Shown here: one piece after another, positions 1-12,499 of the stretch
Layout: each line of letters starts with the position of its first letter
Position numbering within the stretch: the stretch's first letter is position 1
Assembly (NCBI GenBank): GCA_977030845.1
Contig: OZ365109.1
Span: 60,078,001-60,142,000 of the forward strand
Source: Fimbriosthenelais zetlandica
Taxonomy: Eukaryota
Length of the DNA: 64,000 nt
Reading direction: 5' to 3'
The notes under the pieces: model-generated
Told to the model about the DNA's origin: nothing
Seen by the model: only the letters and a program-made list of their open reading frames with translations
Database searches by the model: none
Translations under genes and position numbers: made by a program

Positions 1-639
1 CGCAATGAGATGATGCCTTTGTTTTCCGGAACAGAATAAAGCCACGCCCTGAACAGTGCGTGAATGAGCATCATACCATACATTCATAAGAATCAAGTTT
101 AACGCTTATTTATAGATCTCTCCCATGAATGAAATTGATCAGGGGGAAGACTGTACATTCCTGTACTAGTAAAATGGCATTCGCTTCCTATAGATGGGAT
201 TCACATTAGACAGGCAATGTGGCACTATGTCTGATACAATAGAAAAACGATTCCACAAATTTGCAGAATCTGTATAAAAGCAAAGGGATTTTATGGGCAC
301 GCTATATGTGCAGGTACTTTATTCATAAGGGACAATGCTAATGCCACTGCTGCAAAAATGCCAGGCAGAACCTCACAGAAATGGGCATGCAAATAATCGA
401 CAATGCTTTTTATGGCGCGGAGCCATAGCAAAAAGCGGGAAAGTTGTTCCATTAGTTACAAATAAAGTGTACATATGGAGAAACCATTGCAATCAGTTTC
501 ATTCAGCTCGGAGAGTGACAAATAGATTAGAGCCCAACCTCTTCTCACTCAATATTGCCTCTTTCGGAGGGCCGTATTTCACAGTGTTGCTGCGGACTGG
601 CTGACTGATCGATCATCATTCATATGCTCACTTCTATAC

Positions 640-2200
640 ATGACCCAAAGCTCCCTGGAGGTTTGGATCTCCAGCTAACAACGACACCGACTGTTACTTA
701 GACATACTACACTGTCTGCTTGTGGCTTGTTCCCGTGCAGTGACAGGCTGACACACCTCCTGCCTGAGAGTGCAGGGCTATCCAGTGAGCTGAAGAGGGC
801 ATTGTTATCTCCCCAAGACCTCAGTTTGATGAGGGTATGAATAACCAGCCTGACATGTACAAAAATAGCCCAGTGTACTCCTAGCCGGGAGCTTCCACAG
901 GCTCATGAAAAATGAATTAGCAGGGATTAAATTTATGTTATATCGCACTCAAGGTCTTTCTTAATAGGGCAATTGCGTGTCACTTTAATGATCCTCTTAG
1001 GGAGGAAGGCATATTTAAATACTCGCTTTGAATACCAATAATCATAAGGTCTCCAGGAATAAATCACATGTCGGGATTTAATACGAGAGTGGCTCATAGC
1101 CCGAGTATTTGTCTGTGCCTTCCAGGCCTGAAAGTTATGAGGACCATCCTTGGGAGTCATCTAATCAAGTGGTACCCTCGGTTGGCCTCAGCCTAGTCTG
1201 CATCTATTAGACATGGCTAGTATGAGGTGAGAGATTAACTGTACTCATTTCTGTAATTATATCCGGTGGGGGTTATATATGCTAAACTTGCCTCCACCTC
1301 TGCCTCCCTGCCGCTGCTTGCTGGAGCCCAGAGCCTGTAGAATCTGGTCCTTGCCTACTCCCCCTGTAAGCCATCCATCACTGGAGACAATCCTTGATGA
1401 ATTGGGTGTCGCTGTAGGTCAGGCGAGACTGTTTGTCAACCCTGCCAGTTGCTTGCTCCGTGCGTAGCGCAAAAAGATATTTTCTCAGCAGTTTTTCCCT
1501 TCCTCTGTGTGCTGTTCGCCCAGACTTTTACGAACTGGCGCCATCTTTAGCTCATTACAGAATCAGATACCATGAAATTATTGCATGCCTTTTTCGCGGC
1601 AATCGCTTCGATTTGCGTTTGGGGATTCTAGTCGGGGGAAGAGGCTAACATTGTTAAGGTTTATAGGGGCATGGCAATCAGATCCCGATATGGGATATTG
1701 CCATCTATGGTGCCTTCCCTGCATAGTGATGTTGTTCCTGGAGGCAGGCAGCTGGAAGGCCAATGTTATAATATCGAATGAATTGTCTCTTATCGCTATC
1801 ACTGCCCATCGATGGGGTCGAACCATGGTTGGACGTGGTGAACAGATAGCAGCATCAGGAGGCGAGTTAACAAAATGAAGCTGGCAGCTGATAGAACATA
1901 GACTATAGAACAGGGCAGGTAGGTGCCCCGGAGAAAGTGTAACAATGGTGTAAGCAGGGGGAAGGTTCCGCGGTGGCCATATTAATAGTTCACCTCCTTA
2001 CCCCTGCCTCATTGATTCTGATCACTGCCTCAGCTGCAGGGGGCAGACCACAACAAATGGTGAGGAATCAAAGGCCAGACGCCCACCTCAGATTCATTAC
2101 GAATGACCTCCACCATCCCAGCTCCCCTCGAGCTGCTCGTGAAGCAGTAAGGAGCAGATCTGAGCATTAGGGCTAGATAGATCTAGCATGGTACGGCTCG
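640..2200 (+). mobile_element. DIRS/Ngaro-type tyrosine-recombinase retrotransposon remnant
   Basis: Degenerate motifs in the expected order: YLDIL..LRVQGYPV (RT YLDD region, ~695-790); FSRQSLR...FIGAWQSD...GY (YR HSxR / GxWxSD / Y, 1590-1700); AILIVHL (possible SGNH-hydrolase ILVIHL, ~1975-1995). Confidence 0.48.
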
Positions 2201-3049
2201 CATGAGCTCAAAAGACAGGAAAACAAGTGTATAGAGCAAGCAAGTGACCGGGAATGAACCATTCAGGCAGTCTAAGAGTAGAAAATTGGGCAGGAATTAG
2301 GCCCCGGGTCTTGGGATTTCCCGTAATGAACAATTAATTGGTCCTGTTTTCAGACGAACAGGATTTGGCCATGCTTCATTTTGGACTCTCCTCCCACGAA
2401 CGGTTCGAGGCTGCCTGCCTGGGAGTATTTCTAAATCGACAAATTGCTTGTGGACTTGACCATCTTGCGTCTTCCGCTCCATCTGGAAGCAGGGCTGGAC
2501 TGAAATCCCACCAATTTACTGGGTGCCGGGGTGATGTTGGATGGATGTGTCGGCGAGCAGGAGCTGGTGCTATCTGTCACCTCCCATACACACATACCTT
2601 ATCTTGACACAGGTTAGAGGCCGCTGTCACACACTAGGTGGAGCATCGGAACTGGCTTCCGCTTCGACCTCCGACTATCTGAAAGTTTGCAAGCACCTTC
2701 TCAGGATGTCCAATAAATCGTTCGTAATAGAGATTCCTTCACGTCACCAGTGCTGATTTCTGATAATCAGCGGGAGACTATATAATGGAGATGGGGAATA
2801 AGTACGGTAGATGCGACTACCAAGTCCAATGAATTGGTCAACTGTGCACAATGTCAGATAGTCACGGATGTATTATATAAACGTTTTTTTTAAACGCTGA
2901 ATAGAAAGTGGTTATGAATGAAAATTCATTTTTGATATTGATTAAGATATTGTTCGTCGTTTCAACAGTTAGAGAGAGGACAGAATCATTATGGACCTTG
3001 TCATATAATGTATCGATCATTAATTTGATCAATGACTTTTAATGATCAC

Positions 3050-3950
3050 TCAAATAATAGTAAAAACACTATCTCTCAGAATGTAGTCGCCAATAAATTA
3101 CCAATGGTCGTTGCTTGCATTAATGGCAGCACAGAGACCAGCCTTGTATTTATGGCCCCATTGTCTTAACGACACAATATAATGGTTTAATCTCCTTGGC
3201 TGATTCAGTGGAGGCCCACCGTTTGACATTCCCGGCAAATAGTTTATGCACAACTGCTTTATGCTGCGAATATATCCCCCTCGTGCATCATAATAAACAT
3301 CAATTTTCCATGACTTTCGAGTCAAGGATGGCACTCGGGGCTCATTTGTATGCAGACAAGGGATGCGGTTTGATTGCGAGCCCAAATATAGCATGTGCTC
3401 TGAATTCACCATAACTGCTTGATATGTGTCAGATGATGGGGGAAGCCTCGCAAGCGGGGCCAGAAAAAACAAAGAGATGGTAGGGACAGGGATGATCTTG
3501 CCCAGTAAATTTGCATTTAGATCATGGCCACTCTGTCATTAGTGATGGATAGTGATGCAACTCAATCCCAGAGGCTTCCCTCAGGGTGCAATGCTAACTC
3601 ATCAAACAACCTCTAACAACCCGCTTGATTTCATTATTGGCGGCCACTTCTCCCTTTTTTCACATTTCGTTGTCTGTGGTTGAGCATCTTTTATGCTATC
3701 CGTTGTTCAAATATAGCTCCATGAACAAACAGATCACACACAAGCAAAGCCAGGCTAATGGATCCCATTTACAAGAAATATCATCCAAGTCTGGCGAATC
3801 GCTAAATTATAGAGAATCATATGCAATTTACCTTGATCTCATGACAAAGCTTAGCATTGTAAGAATAGGTGGTCTTCTAATCGCCAATACAAGCCCATTA
3901 TGATCAGATCTGTTGATAAGATAATATCTCAATCACCGAAATTATCAGAG
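3050..3950 (-). mobile_element. L1/Tx1-type LINE RT remnant
   Basis: DLDDI (YADD region), then YLG...N.P..SW...GYIRSIKQL.I.YLP, matching the YLGI...W..L.L.GRI..IKM.ILP segment of L1 ORF2. Confidence 0.45.
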
Positions 3951-5129
3951 AAATCCGATACATTTGAGGCTTTGCTTTGGAAATGAAATATTTGAGTGAG
4001 GTAATTTTTTGGACAAGACGGACAATAGATTTTGCTAAAGGGATTCAGGAGGATAAATTTATGTGATGTGACCAGTGTTAGATTAGATATGTGGGGGAAA
4101 TTTCAATAGTTTTAACTGTCCCATAAAACCTAGATAATGGTTGTGCAGTTAATGAGCTGACGTTTCTTATCCGTCAACTTCTTAGGTACGGTAAATGAAG
4201 GATGCACTGATGACTTTGTAGGGACACCTGCTCCCATAGTTTTATACCAACATTAGTCTGCCACAATCTGACGTTTTGTGTGCCATAAATCACAGGGAAT
4301 ATTGCAACTCACACAAACAACAGTACCAGTATTTCATGCAGATATGAACATTAATTGTTATGGTTTCCAGCTATTCTCAACATCATCTGTGCAACAAATG
4401 TTAATATGAAGATTGAGGGTATGAACACAAATTGATGCAGTAACTGTGCCTTACAAAGAAAGGTACAATTTAAAGTAGGGTTAATATTGCTCCATAGCTT
4501 TCATAAATTCATTATGTTAAAATAGTTTTTAAAATATAATACTAAAAATATCGTTATTATTTGTAATAACAGTTAGGCAAGTAATTAATGATATATTATA
4601 TTACGATGGTTTAGTACGACTTTTTTCATATTCTGTCAGAAAAAAAATCTCAGAATGAAAACTCAAACCGAAAAGATTTTACTCTTGGTCTGAGAAGACG
4701 TTAATATATATTACCCAATAGTGGAATATGATATAGTTGATGCTGAAGTAGAAGCAACATCGTGTGTATAATTATATAACTGAGGGAAATATGTACCAGT
4801 GTTGAAATGTGTCCATGTTAAACGGTGTCGTTTGTATGGCTGTCATTGTGACATTATCATTTACTTTTGTGAGAAACATCTTGTGAATATCTTGTGAAAC
4901 AAATAATAAGACACCTGACAGACGCATGGTGATAGATCACGTGGTAATTTTGGTGTTGTCAAATGGCTATTTTGTCTGGTGTAAACCGATGCCATTCAGT
5001 CGTGTATGAGTCTATAGAAGCGGATCAACATATCCAATTATGATCATATTACTGGTCGTGGATATGGCCTGTATCCAGCCTACCGTGTCTATGTCTCCAG
5101 TACATCCATGGTGATCCAATCACCCCTTG

Positions 5130-5710
5130 CATGACCCCTCTATACCATCATCCCCTCTCCTCACCTTCCTTTCTTCACTGCTGTTTCCCTATCTGTCCCC
5201 CTACTGTTTCCCATGTGTATTTCCATTCCACCCTTCACCATAGTGCTTTTCCCTCTATATTTTCCCAGTGGGATGCTTTCCCCCTTTTAAAGCCTCTTTG
5301 CCCATTTGATCTGTTTCAGGCATTTCATCCCTGGGAGTTGATATGCATGGAGAGCATGTCGATCACTTTGATTGGGATGAAGAAGGTGGGTATAAACAGC
5401 CTCTCAACTTTAAATACTCTCTCCGTTTCTTCTTCTCCTAAATTCATTGTTCTTATTTACATCTCATAGCCCACTCCTTTTTTAAATCATGCTTTTCCAC
5501 TCCACTACCTAAAATGCCCTATTAAAACTGCTTGTCCCCACTCCCTTCCTAAAGAGACACTCTCTGCACTGCTTTCCCCACAAAAAAAAAGATTTGACTC
5601 AACGAGAGGGAATCCACATAAAAGGATTTTGGTATTCAGTTCATTGACTAAAGAACCGCTTTGGCAGTGACGGTGCCAGTGATCTTGCGTCAGGATTTTG
5701 AAATTCACAT
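5130..5710 (-). mobile_element. L1/Tx1-type endonuclease remnant
   Basis: AVLIGHFR resembles the IxGDFN APE motif; downstream sequence is degenerate. Confidence 0.33.
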
Positions 5711-7064
5711 TATGTAAAGCAATTAATCGAAGACTTAGATCTGAGCCTGTCCATCATTTACGCGCACCATCTTGCAATTTTGCACACACTTGTAATTCGT
5801 CACTACTGAGAAACTGACACAGTATTAAACTTTCATCGTCAGAACATTTTTGTGGTTTACATTTTGTACGAAAAGAATGCAAACATTCATGAATAGTTGA
5901 TGATAAATAAAGAACCCCTTCAGCCGAATTTTAAAGGCCACGGATGAGTCAATTTCATTTGACATTTAGATGAAAAAAAATATTGAAATGGATGGTTGTC
6001 AATTGGACGTTTACATGTACATCGCATCTGGTCAGCAGTGTTCAAATCGAGCAAATGCAATAGACGAGTGATACATCATTGAATCCAGAGGGCATCATTA
6101 TTCTCTGACCACTTCTGCCCATAGACAGATGTCCTGACATTACCTTTCCTCCCCCGCCCCCACCCCTCACCCCATCCCCACCCAGAGCCCGTCCCTCCTT
6201 TTCCACGTTACATCCAATCAGTCAGACTTAAAGTTGTGGGATTTCATTTACACTAAGGTCCTTATGTGGGAGCACATGAAACAGACCTACTTAGCTGGCC
6301 CACAAGGTGCATTTATAAGCAACATGCATTGACATCCGGGTCAGCCATCTTGAATACGGAGGTCATGCCAATCATTCGCCTCGCCCCGCCCACCTATCTC
6401 TCTATGTTCCCCGGACAACTTTGATAATTCCGTTTGTCACAACTGCCAAGTTGTTTCAGGCGGATACTTATTCAATCTTCCTGGAAAATGCAGTGTGTTC
6501 GTAATCCACGAAATTGCATTTGCCTGAGCTTCGTTAAGATCGGTGAATGTGTGGGATGGTATAGGTAATTCCAGATTCATGGCCCAGCCAGGCCCCCGGG
6601 GGAAACGGGGCTGATGATTTAGAATGTCTAAGTGCTCGGATCTGATTCATTTAGTCACGTGTGAGGCCTGCATTATGTAAGATCCATTAAATCCCGGCCG
6701 AGATGTGGCTGGCTTGTAAAAGCATGAGATGTGGGCTGAAGATACCATCCCTGTCAAGGTGTATTCTGTTTAAACATACAAGCCATGCAAGACTGTGTGG
6801 TAGGACGCGTGTCCACAAAGTAACCACCTTGGGTGGAAGAGTAATTGTCCTATACCAAACCCAAATAAGTGAAAACAAAAATGATAAAGCGACCACTGTA
6901 AAAGATCATAGTAAAATTACATGGAATACAGAAGTCAGTGTATTGGAATGAAACATCCAGTGGGACGGACATCGACGCCTTAGGATGTAGGCTGATTTAA
7001 TGAAGTGCTATATTTGTTGAGGAATGTGGATAAATATTAGCCCAATAGACTTAGTGCTGCTGGT

Positions 7065-7130
7065 ATGGAGAGAGAAGGGGAGGGGGAGAGTGAAAGGGAG
7101 AGGGAGGGAGGGAGTGAGAGAAGGGGTGGA
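7065..7130. repeat. Purine-rich (GA/GGA) low-complexity tract
   Basis: gagagagaaggggagggggagagtgaaagggagagggagggagggagtgagagaagggg. Confidence 0.85.
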
Positions 7131-8145
7131 TGTTATCAGACACATTGCAGGAGGTAGGGACATGACTCCAGGTGTTGGCAGGGCACATGAGGTGTCAATC
7201 CTATCGCCAAGATAACATAACTCCTTTCACAGCATTCCCACATAGGTTCCATGATTGTTGTGACATAACAAAATCCATATATTTAACCTTTCGATGAACT
7301 GTGTCGTAATGTATCTTCCAAGAACCGACACAGGCCCAAAACCGTCTGTCACAACTTTTCATTCAAAGTAGTGTGAGTAAATAGAGTTTTTGCCTGAATT
7401 TTAAAACCTAACTATCCCCTCTACCACTCCACTCTTCATCTGCTGCAGTGTTCACCCCGGGCTGTATTTACACACGTCCAAATCACTGCTCCAATAATTA
7501 TTTCTTGGTGGGAAATAGCCGCTAGTTTCCTTCCCTCGAATTACATTAGTTTGCTGTGGGCGGTTAAAATGTTATCTAAAAATGTTAAGTTAAAACTCCC
7601 CCCTTCCTCTACTCTTATTCTACAAACCCTCAGGGAAATGCGTGCGACCCTCGTCTTTGATTTGTGATTGGACCCCAAATGTTAAAAACTATGATGGCTA
7701 TATGTATCATCTATACTCATCCTGTCCAGTGTGAAGTCATCGAGGTATATTATGTCAAAATAATGTCAAGATGTCTACATTTCCAAATAATTGTTACTTA
7801 GCATTCAAATAACAAATTAAAAAAAATCTAAGGTTGTGTCTGAAGGTGGTACAATGTGGAGGGAATAGAAAAAATACGGTATAGTTCGATGCAGGTACAT
7901 TGTCTTCTGACGAATTGTAAAATCAATTTTGACTAAATTAATTTCATTTATTAGAGCTTTCAACATAGGGCGTGATAATGATATTTATAAAGAAATGGAA
8001 AGTATCAAATATAATTACAGAGAATAAAGATAGTGGTGCTTTAAACAGGTCGTTCACCTTACAGGAAACCTTATGTGAATTCCCTGTGCAAACGAGATGA
8101 GAGAGAAGAGACACTGATATGCACTTCTGACTTCTTTATTTGCAG

Positions 8146-8279
8146 CTGGGGGAGCGAGGTCTTCCAAAGAGAGGAACATATATAAACCTATCTTCAGACA
8201 AACGCCGAGAAACATTACAGTGGGTCCAGGCGACAGAGCGGTGCTGCGATGCCGGGTAGAAAATCTGGGCACAAAAACG
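8146..8279 (+). CDS. Dpr/zig-8-like two-Ig-domain protein, coding exon A (start of Ig1)
   Basis: Pyrimidine tract + ttgcag acceptor (AG 8144-8145) and gtaagc donor at 8280. Phase 1 start, phase 0 end. Translates xGGARSSKERNIYKPIFRQTPRNITVGPGDRAVLRCRVENLGTKT, the P.F...NxT...G..A.L.C.V.NLG.KT start typical of Dpr-family Ig1. Confidence 0.93.
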
Positions 8280-8589
8280 GTAAGCATCTTTTTAATGTTC
8301 ATATATGGTTCAAGCATATGGTCCTTGTGTGGCGTGGCATAATGCATAAAACTAATATCCCAATTTGTCCCATGCAGAGTGAAGGGAGATACTATAAGGA
8401 CAGAGACCGGGCTACTGGAAACTTTTCTTTTGGGCCTAGATCCCTCCTGTCCACATTAAATCCAATTTCCTAATTAACTTAAGACCTTTTAATTTGGCTT
8501 TTTAAAGAGGAATTTGATAGTCGCAACCTGATATTAATTTAAGTACTTTGATCGGTCTGATTAAATTAATAGGAAAGTTAAAAGGACCA

Positions 8590-9400
8590 TGATTCATGTT
8601 ACGTGGACCACTTGAAAACAAGAGGGTGACAACTTCGAGCATGTACAGAGATAATGATGAAAATACCAGAAGCTCAGGGACATGTGAACAAATGGCAATA
8701 AATGCATGTATATGTATTTATTGGCCTCATGAGGTGACATTGGCGTCATTGAGGTGTATGTAGACATGGCGTAGCATGTTGAATGGTGCCCAAAATTAAT
8801 CAAGGCGGACAAGTGCTCGAGTGCTCGTGTGGGATGAGTATGACAGCAGTTATAATGGTAATATCAATGTCCTACTGATAAGAGGAATGGATCTGGGCAT
8901 GTGAATGTGTATCACCATTACCACCCTCCCCACCTACAACCGTGATTAATCCATGGCGCTAAGATTGCTTTCGCTCCTGGCGATAGCCAATTATGCCCAC
9001 TAAGGAGTGGCAATAGGGCTTTCGGAGCTAGCTTTAGAATGGGGATAATCCACTCTGTCCATGGTGGACACTCAACATGAAGGGGGAATATCATAGAGGC
9101 AGAGAGAGCATTACCAGATGTGCCGGAGAGAAAAGGGCCAAAGTAAATACACCAATAGAACCTTTAAGTGTCATCTCTCGGCCGACGAATCCCTTATAAA
9201 TATGAATCTCTCAAGGAAAGATAATCACGGACATGGATAGTGGAACAAGAAATGCATTGTAATTCAAACAATAGAATAACCATTGCCATACCCTGATGGG
9301 AATTGCCAATACAAATTGGGTCTAATCAAACAGAAATACATAATGTTAAGGGATTTCTTCTGCCTTATCAAAGGCTCGCCTTCTCTCATCTCTGCTGCTC
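8590..9400 (-). mobile_element. L1/Tx1-type LINE RT remnant
   Basis: RRAFDKAE (~9370-9395), GQSGLSP (RQGCPLSP-like, ~9045-9065), LINFG and PF..LSFWY downstream. Confidence 0.55.
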
Positions 9401-10179
9401 TAGATTCTAATCAAACAGAACGTCCTCGTTCCATCTAAAGTGAAATTCAAGATCAGAAGCTGACGCCTCGTACGATTGAATAAATTCCATTTGATAGTTG
9501 CCGCCATTTTTGTTTGAGCCGGAGGGCAATTAATCGCGACCAAGTTGGCCATTTCTGAAGGAAAAATCCAAGTCGTTAGGGCGCGAGCTCTAATGCATAG
9601 ACTGGTGATCGTTTGTGGCTTGGAGATAGATAAGAAATTAAACTAATATTTGGTGTTTGGATTGCCAAGCAAGCTCACGGCAAGGCTACTAAGCAAGTCA
9701 GGAAGTAATCGATCTGAACACTTTCTACCATCCGAGCCACTTGTGTTTGGTGCGGGTTACACCAATTAAAATCTCAGATCGATCTGTTGATTTATGCATT
9801 TTAGATAGGAGAGGTACTATGTGATACCGGAAGGGGATGTAGATGCTCGCTGACGCGCATGCATACAGCTATCTTTTCGGTCCAGTGCCAACCTCAGGCA
9901 TCTGGGCTTATTTAATTTATGTCCCGGCTTTTGTGCCAAAGTGTTGTCTATTGTCCTCGGTATGTCTACTTCGGACAATATTTAGTACATGGAATGGCCA
10001 TAAATTCTCCAGGGAAACTTGTATTTCAATGCTTTTTAACCATTGTAACTCACGCCAGTAGCTCTCATGCCTGGTCAAAAATATTGATAATCGATTTCTG
10101 TATTGCATGCAAAGTTTTCATCCATATTAACCGAGCTAATGAATACAATGACAAGACAGATAGAAAAATCAATATTTTC

Positions 10180-10500
10180 ATCTAAAATGCCCTGGCGTTA
10201 AATTTATTGATCCAGGGTGAGATTCCCAAAAAGGGAATTATTCTCAGGGGTGGAAGCAAAGGTCTCTACCTACCATATCTCATCCACTTCTCCTGCATGA
10301 CAATGGAAATGAATTGAGAAGCTTGGAGAAGGATTTCATTTCAAAATGAACCCCGGTGAATTGCGAGAACAAAATAGAGAATCTTTGTCTCGGTGGGACA
10401 TTGCCAGCCCCTGTGTGGGTTAAATCGGTATGTTGGGGGGAAAACCTTTTGTTCTCCCCCCATGAGTGCTGTGTTGCCACTGTTTAGCAAATCTAAACGT
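10180..10500 (+). mobile_element. L1-type ORF2 remnant (sense to host gene)
   Basis: FKMNPGELREQNRESLSRW...G*IGM resembles FKxNxxxL...LxRW..LSxxGRI. Confidence 0.42.
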
Positions 10501-11989
10501 CCATCCATCACATCCTTTGTCCCTCCCTATAGCACAATGCACTAATGTTCCATAGTGTCCATAGTGAGTCAATAGGAAAAATATCAGGCCCATTACCTTA
10601 TTACTTTGTAGTTAAGTCGATCCTCCGGATCTCTTGCTGGGCTTAAACGACACGTTTGACTAATTAGATTTGTTATGACAATCAAAGGATGCCACTGACA
10701 ATCAGACACATTGCACCTAATGAAAGGTTACCGACCATGATTAACACCGCAGTGTACCACTTACCGGTTTTGTCTCATGCGGAGACTATGCAGCTGTTCA
10801 TGTGAATCTGTACGGGCACAGAATATCAAAAAAAAATAATATGGACCAATATTTTGTTATCGGCAATGCTATTGTTGTGCAAGTACAAAATACTGCGTTG
10901 ATGTTGGATGTTTTGATTTCGGTTTTTCATTTGAAACTAGTTTTCCAAAACCTCACGTTCATAGTTATAAAAACATGAAGTGCATAGATTACATTCACTG
11001 CCATTAAGAACTAATTTGTTAATGTACAGTCCGAATTGAAACGTATTGAAGAGTTAGGTGGTAGAAGATGGGACTATCTGTGTAGCACGTTTTGATACAA
11101 TGCATGCACTAACTTTTTTTAAATAGCTTTGGTATGAAGCTACTACTCCCTCGCCGATTCTTTGAGGATAAGTGACATAAATGATAGCTGGTAAAAAGAA
11201 ATGCTACCATGGGATTTCCATATAAATTCAGGAATCCCATCTTACAGTATACACGTGTATAAAACACGTAGTAAACCACCATGATAAAAAGCCTACCATC
11301 CCCCTACTGCTTATCAGCCATGTCATTCCTGAAACATCGGCAGGGTGGAAAGTAGACGAGCTGCCCTTAATTTTGTTTTTATTGTGATGCAATACACGTA
11401 GGCCCGAGACTACAGTAACTCTCTGCCTCCCTTTCTCCTCTAATGATGGAAAGGATCAAATTTTGGTTGCCACTTAGAGGAGAGGGGAGTTATTCTAGCG
11501 TGGCCGGTGGGATACCATCAGAGGGAAGTAATAGGCCATAAAGGGCCGTTCTATGTGATGATATAGGCATTGGCGATAGAATCTAATCACTAACTCTATT
11601 GTCCTTGCTGTCATTTGAAAACAGCTATTGGTCAGTTCATATTATAATATTCCTGTTGCCAAAAAGTGAGAGGAATACATCATGTATGTATGTATTTGGG
11701 CCGGATGAACGAGGGATGTCCGGAGATGATTTCTCCCTAATTAGCCAATTACTACCAGTTCCTGAACTAGAGGCTTCCCCAGAATTGTGAAGCAAATTCC
11801 TGCATGACAGTTCTTGAATTAGTGACTTCCCTAAAGTGTGAAGCCAAAAAGTGGCATCCCTAGAATTTTGAAATTTTAGTTATGACAATTTTAGTTACCT
11901 CAGATTGGCAAGTAAAGGCACAGTTATAGGAACACACTCACAAAAATTAAGCCCCTGAATTACTTCAGTTCTATAGGTCTAATATTATT

Positions 11990-12009
11990 TTCAATTCAAT
12001 TCAATTCAA
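11990..12009. repeat. (ttcaa)4 microsatellite, possibly a CR1/L2-type 3' tail on the minus strand
   Basis: ttcaattcaattcaattcaa seen directly; the LINE-tail origin is inference. Confidence 0.6.
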
Positions 12010-12499
12010 GATGTTATACCGGATGACATCGATCCATATTTCACATACAGAGAAAAAAAACTACTAGGAAACTCCCAGGAAACTACTAGGGACTAGGAAA
12101 TCCTATCATAAATAATAGATACTTAAATCTCAAAGAACTAACTTTTTGAAGTTTGATCCTCTGATTGAAATTTGAGACACGTTGTCATTAGAATGGGCTG
12201 CACAGACGTATGTCTTATATAGCGGGATCTAACTTCCTTTGCTACCTGAGAAGTCGAAAGCTTGAGACTTCGCCTGATATATATTCTTCGGCATCTTTTC
12301 AAGGGAAGTTTTTATTTGACATTAGCCTTCCAAGCAGCCCATTTCACCATTATACAGACATCAAAGATATTCCCACTCAGCCCCGTCGCCTTTGGTGAAC
12401 TTTTCAGTGTCCAGCATTACCGAGGACTAAATCTTGTCAGGAGACAGACTGTCTAATTTACAGGTAATATATAAGACTCAGTCGATGGACTCTTTGACA

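Noticed and set aside
3098-3472. 124-aa minus ORF with YLGS suggesting a second viral GxxT motif
   Set aside because: No HR at the right distance, and the following W...GYIRSIK...LP segment fits L1 ORF2 better.
5131-5469. Pro/Ser/Phe-rich track ORFs here and at 30418-30681 and 52559-52953
   Set aside because: Products of pyrimidine-rich low-complexity sequence or the antisense strand of LINE relics; no domain signal.
11209-11240. Short hairpin atgggatttcc...ggaatcccat
   Set aside because: A 10-bp stem is expected by chance in 64 kb; no terminator or element context.
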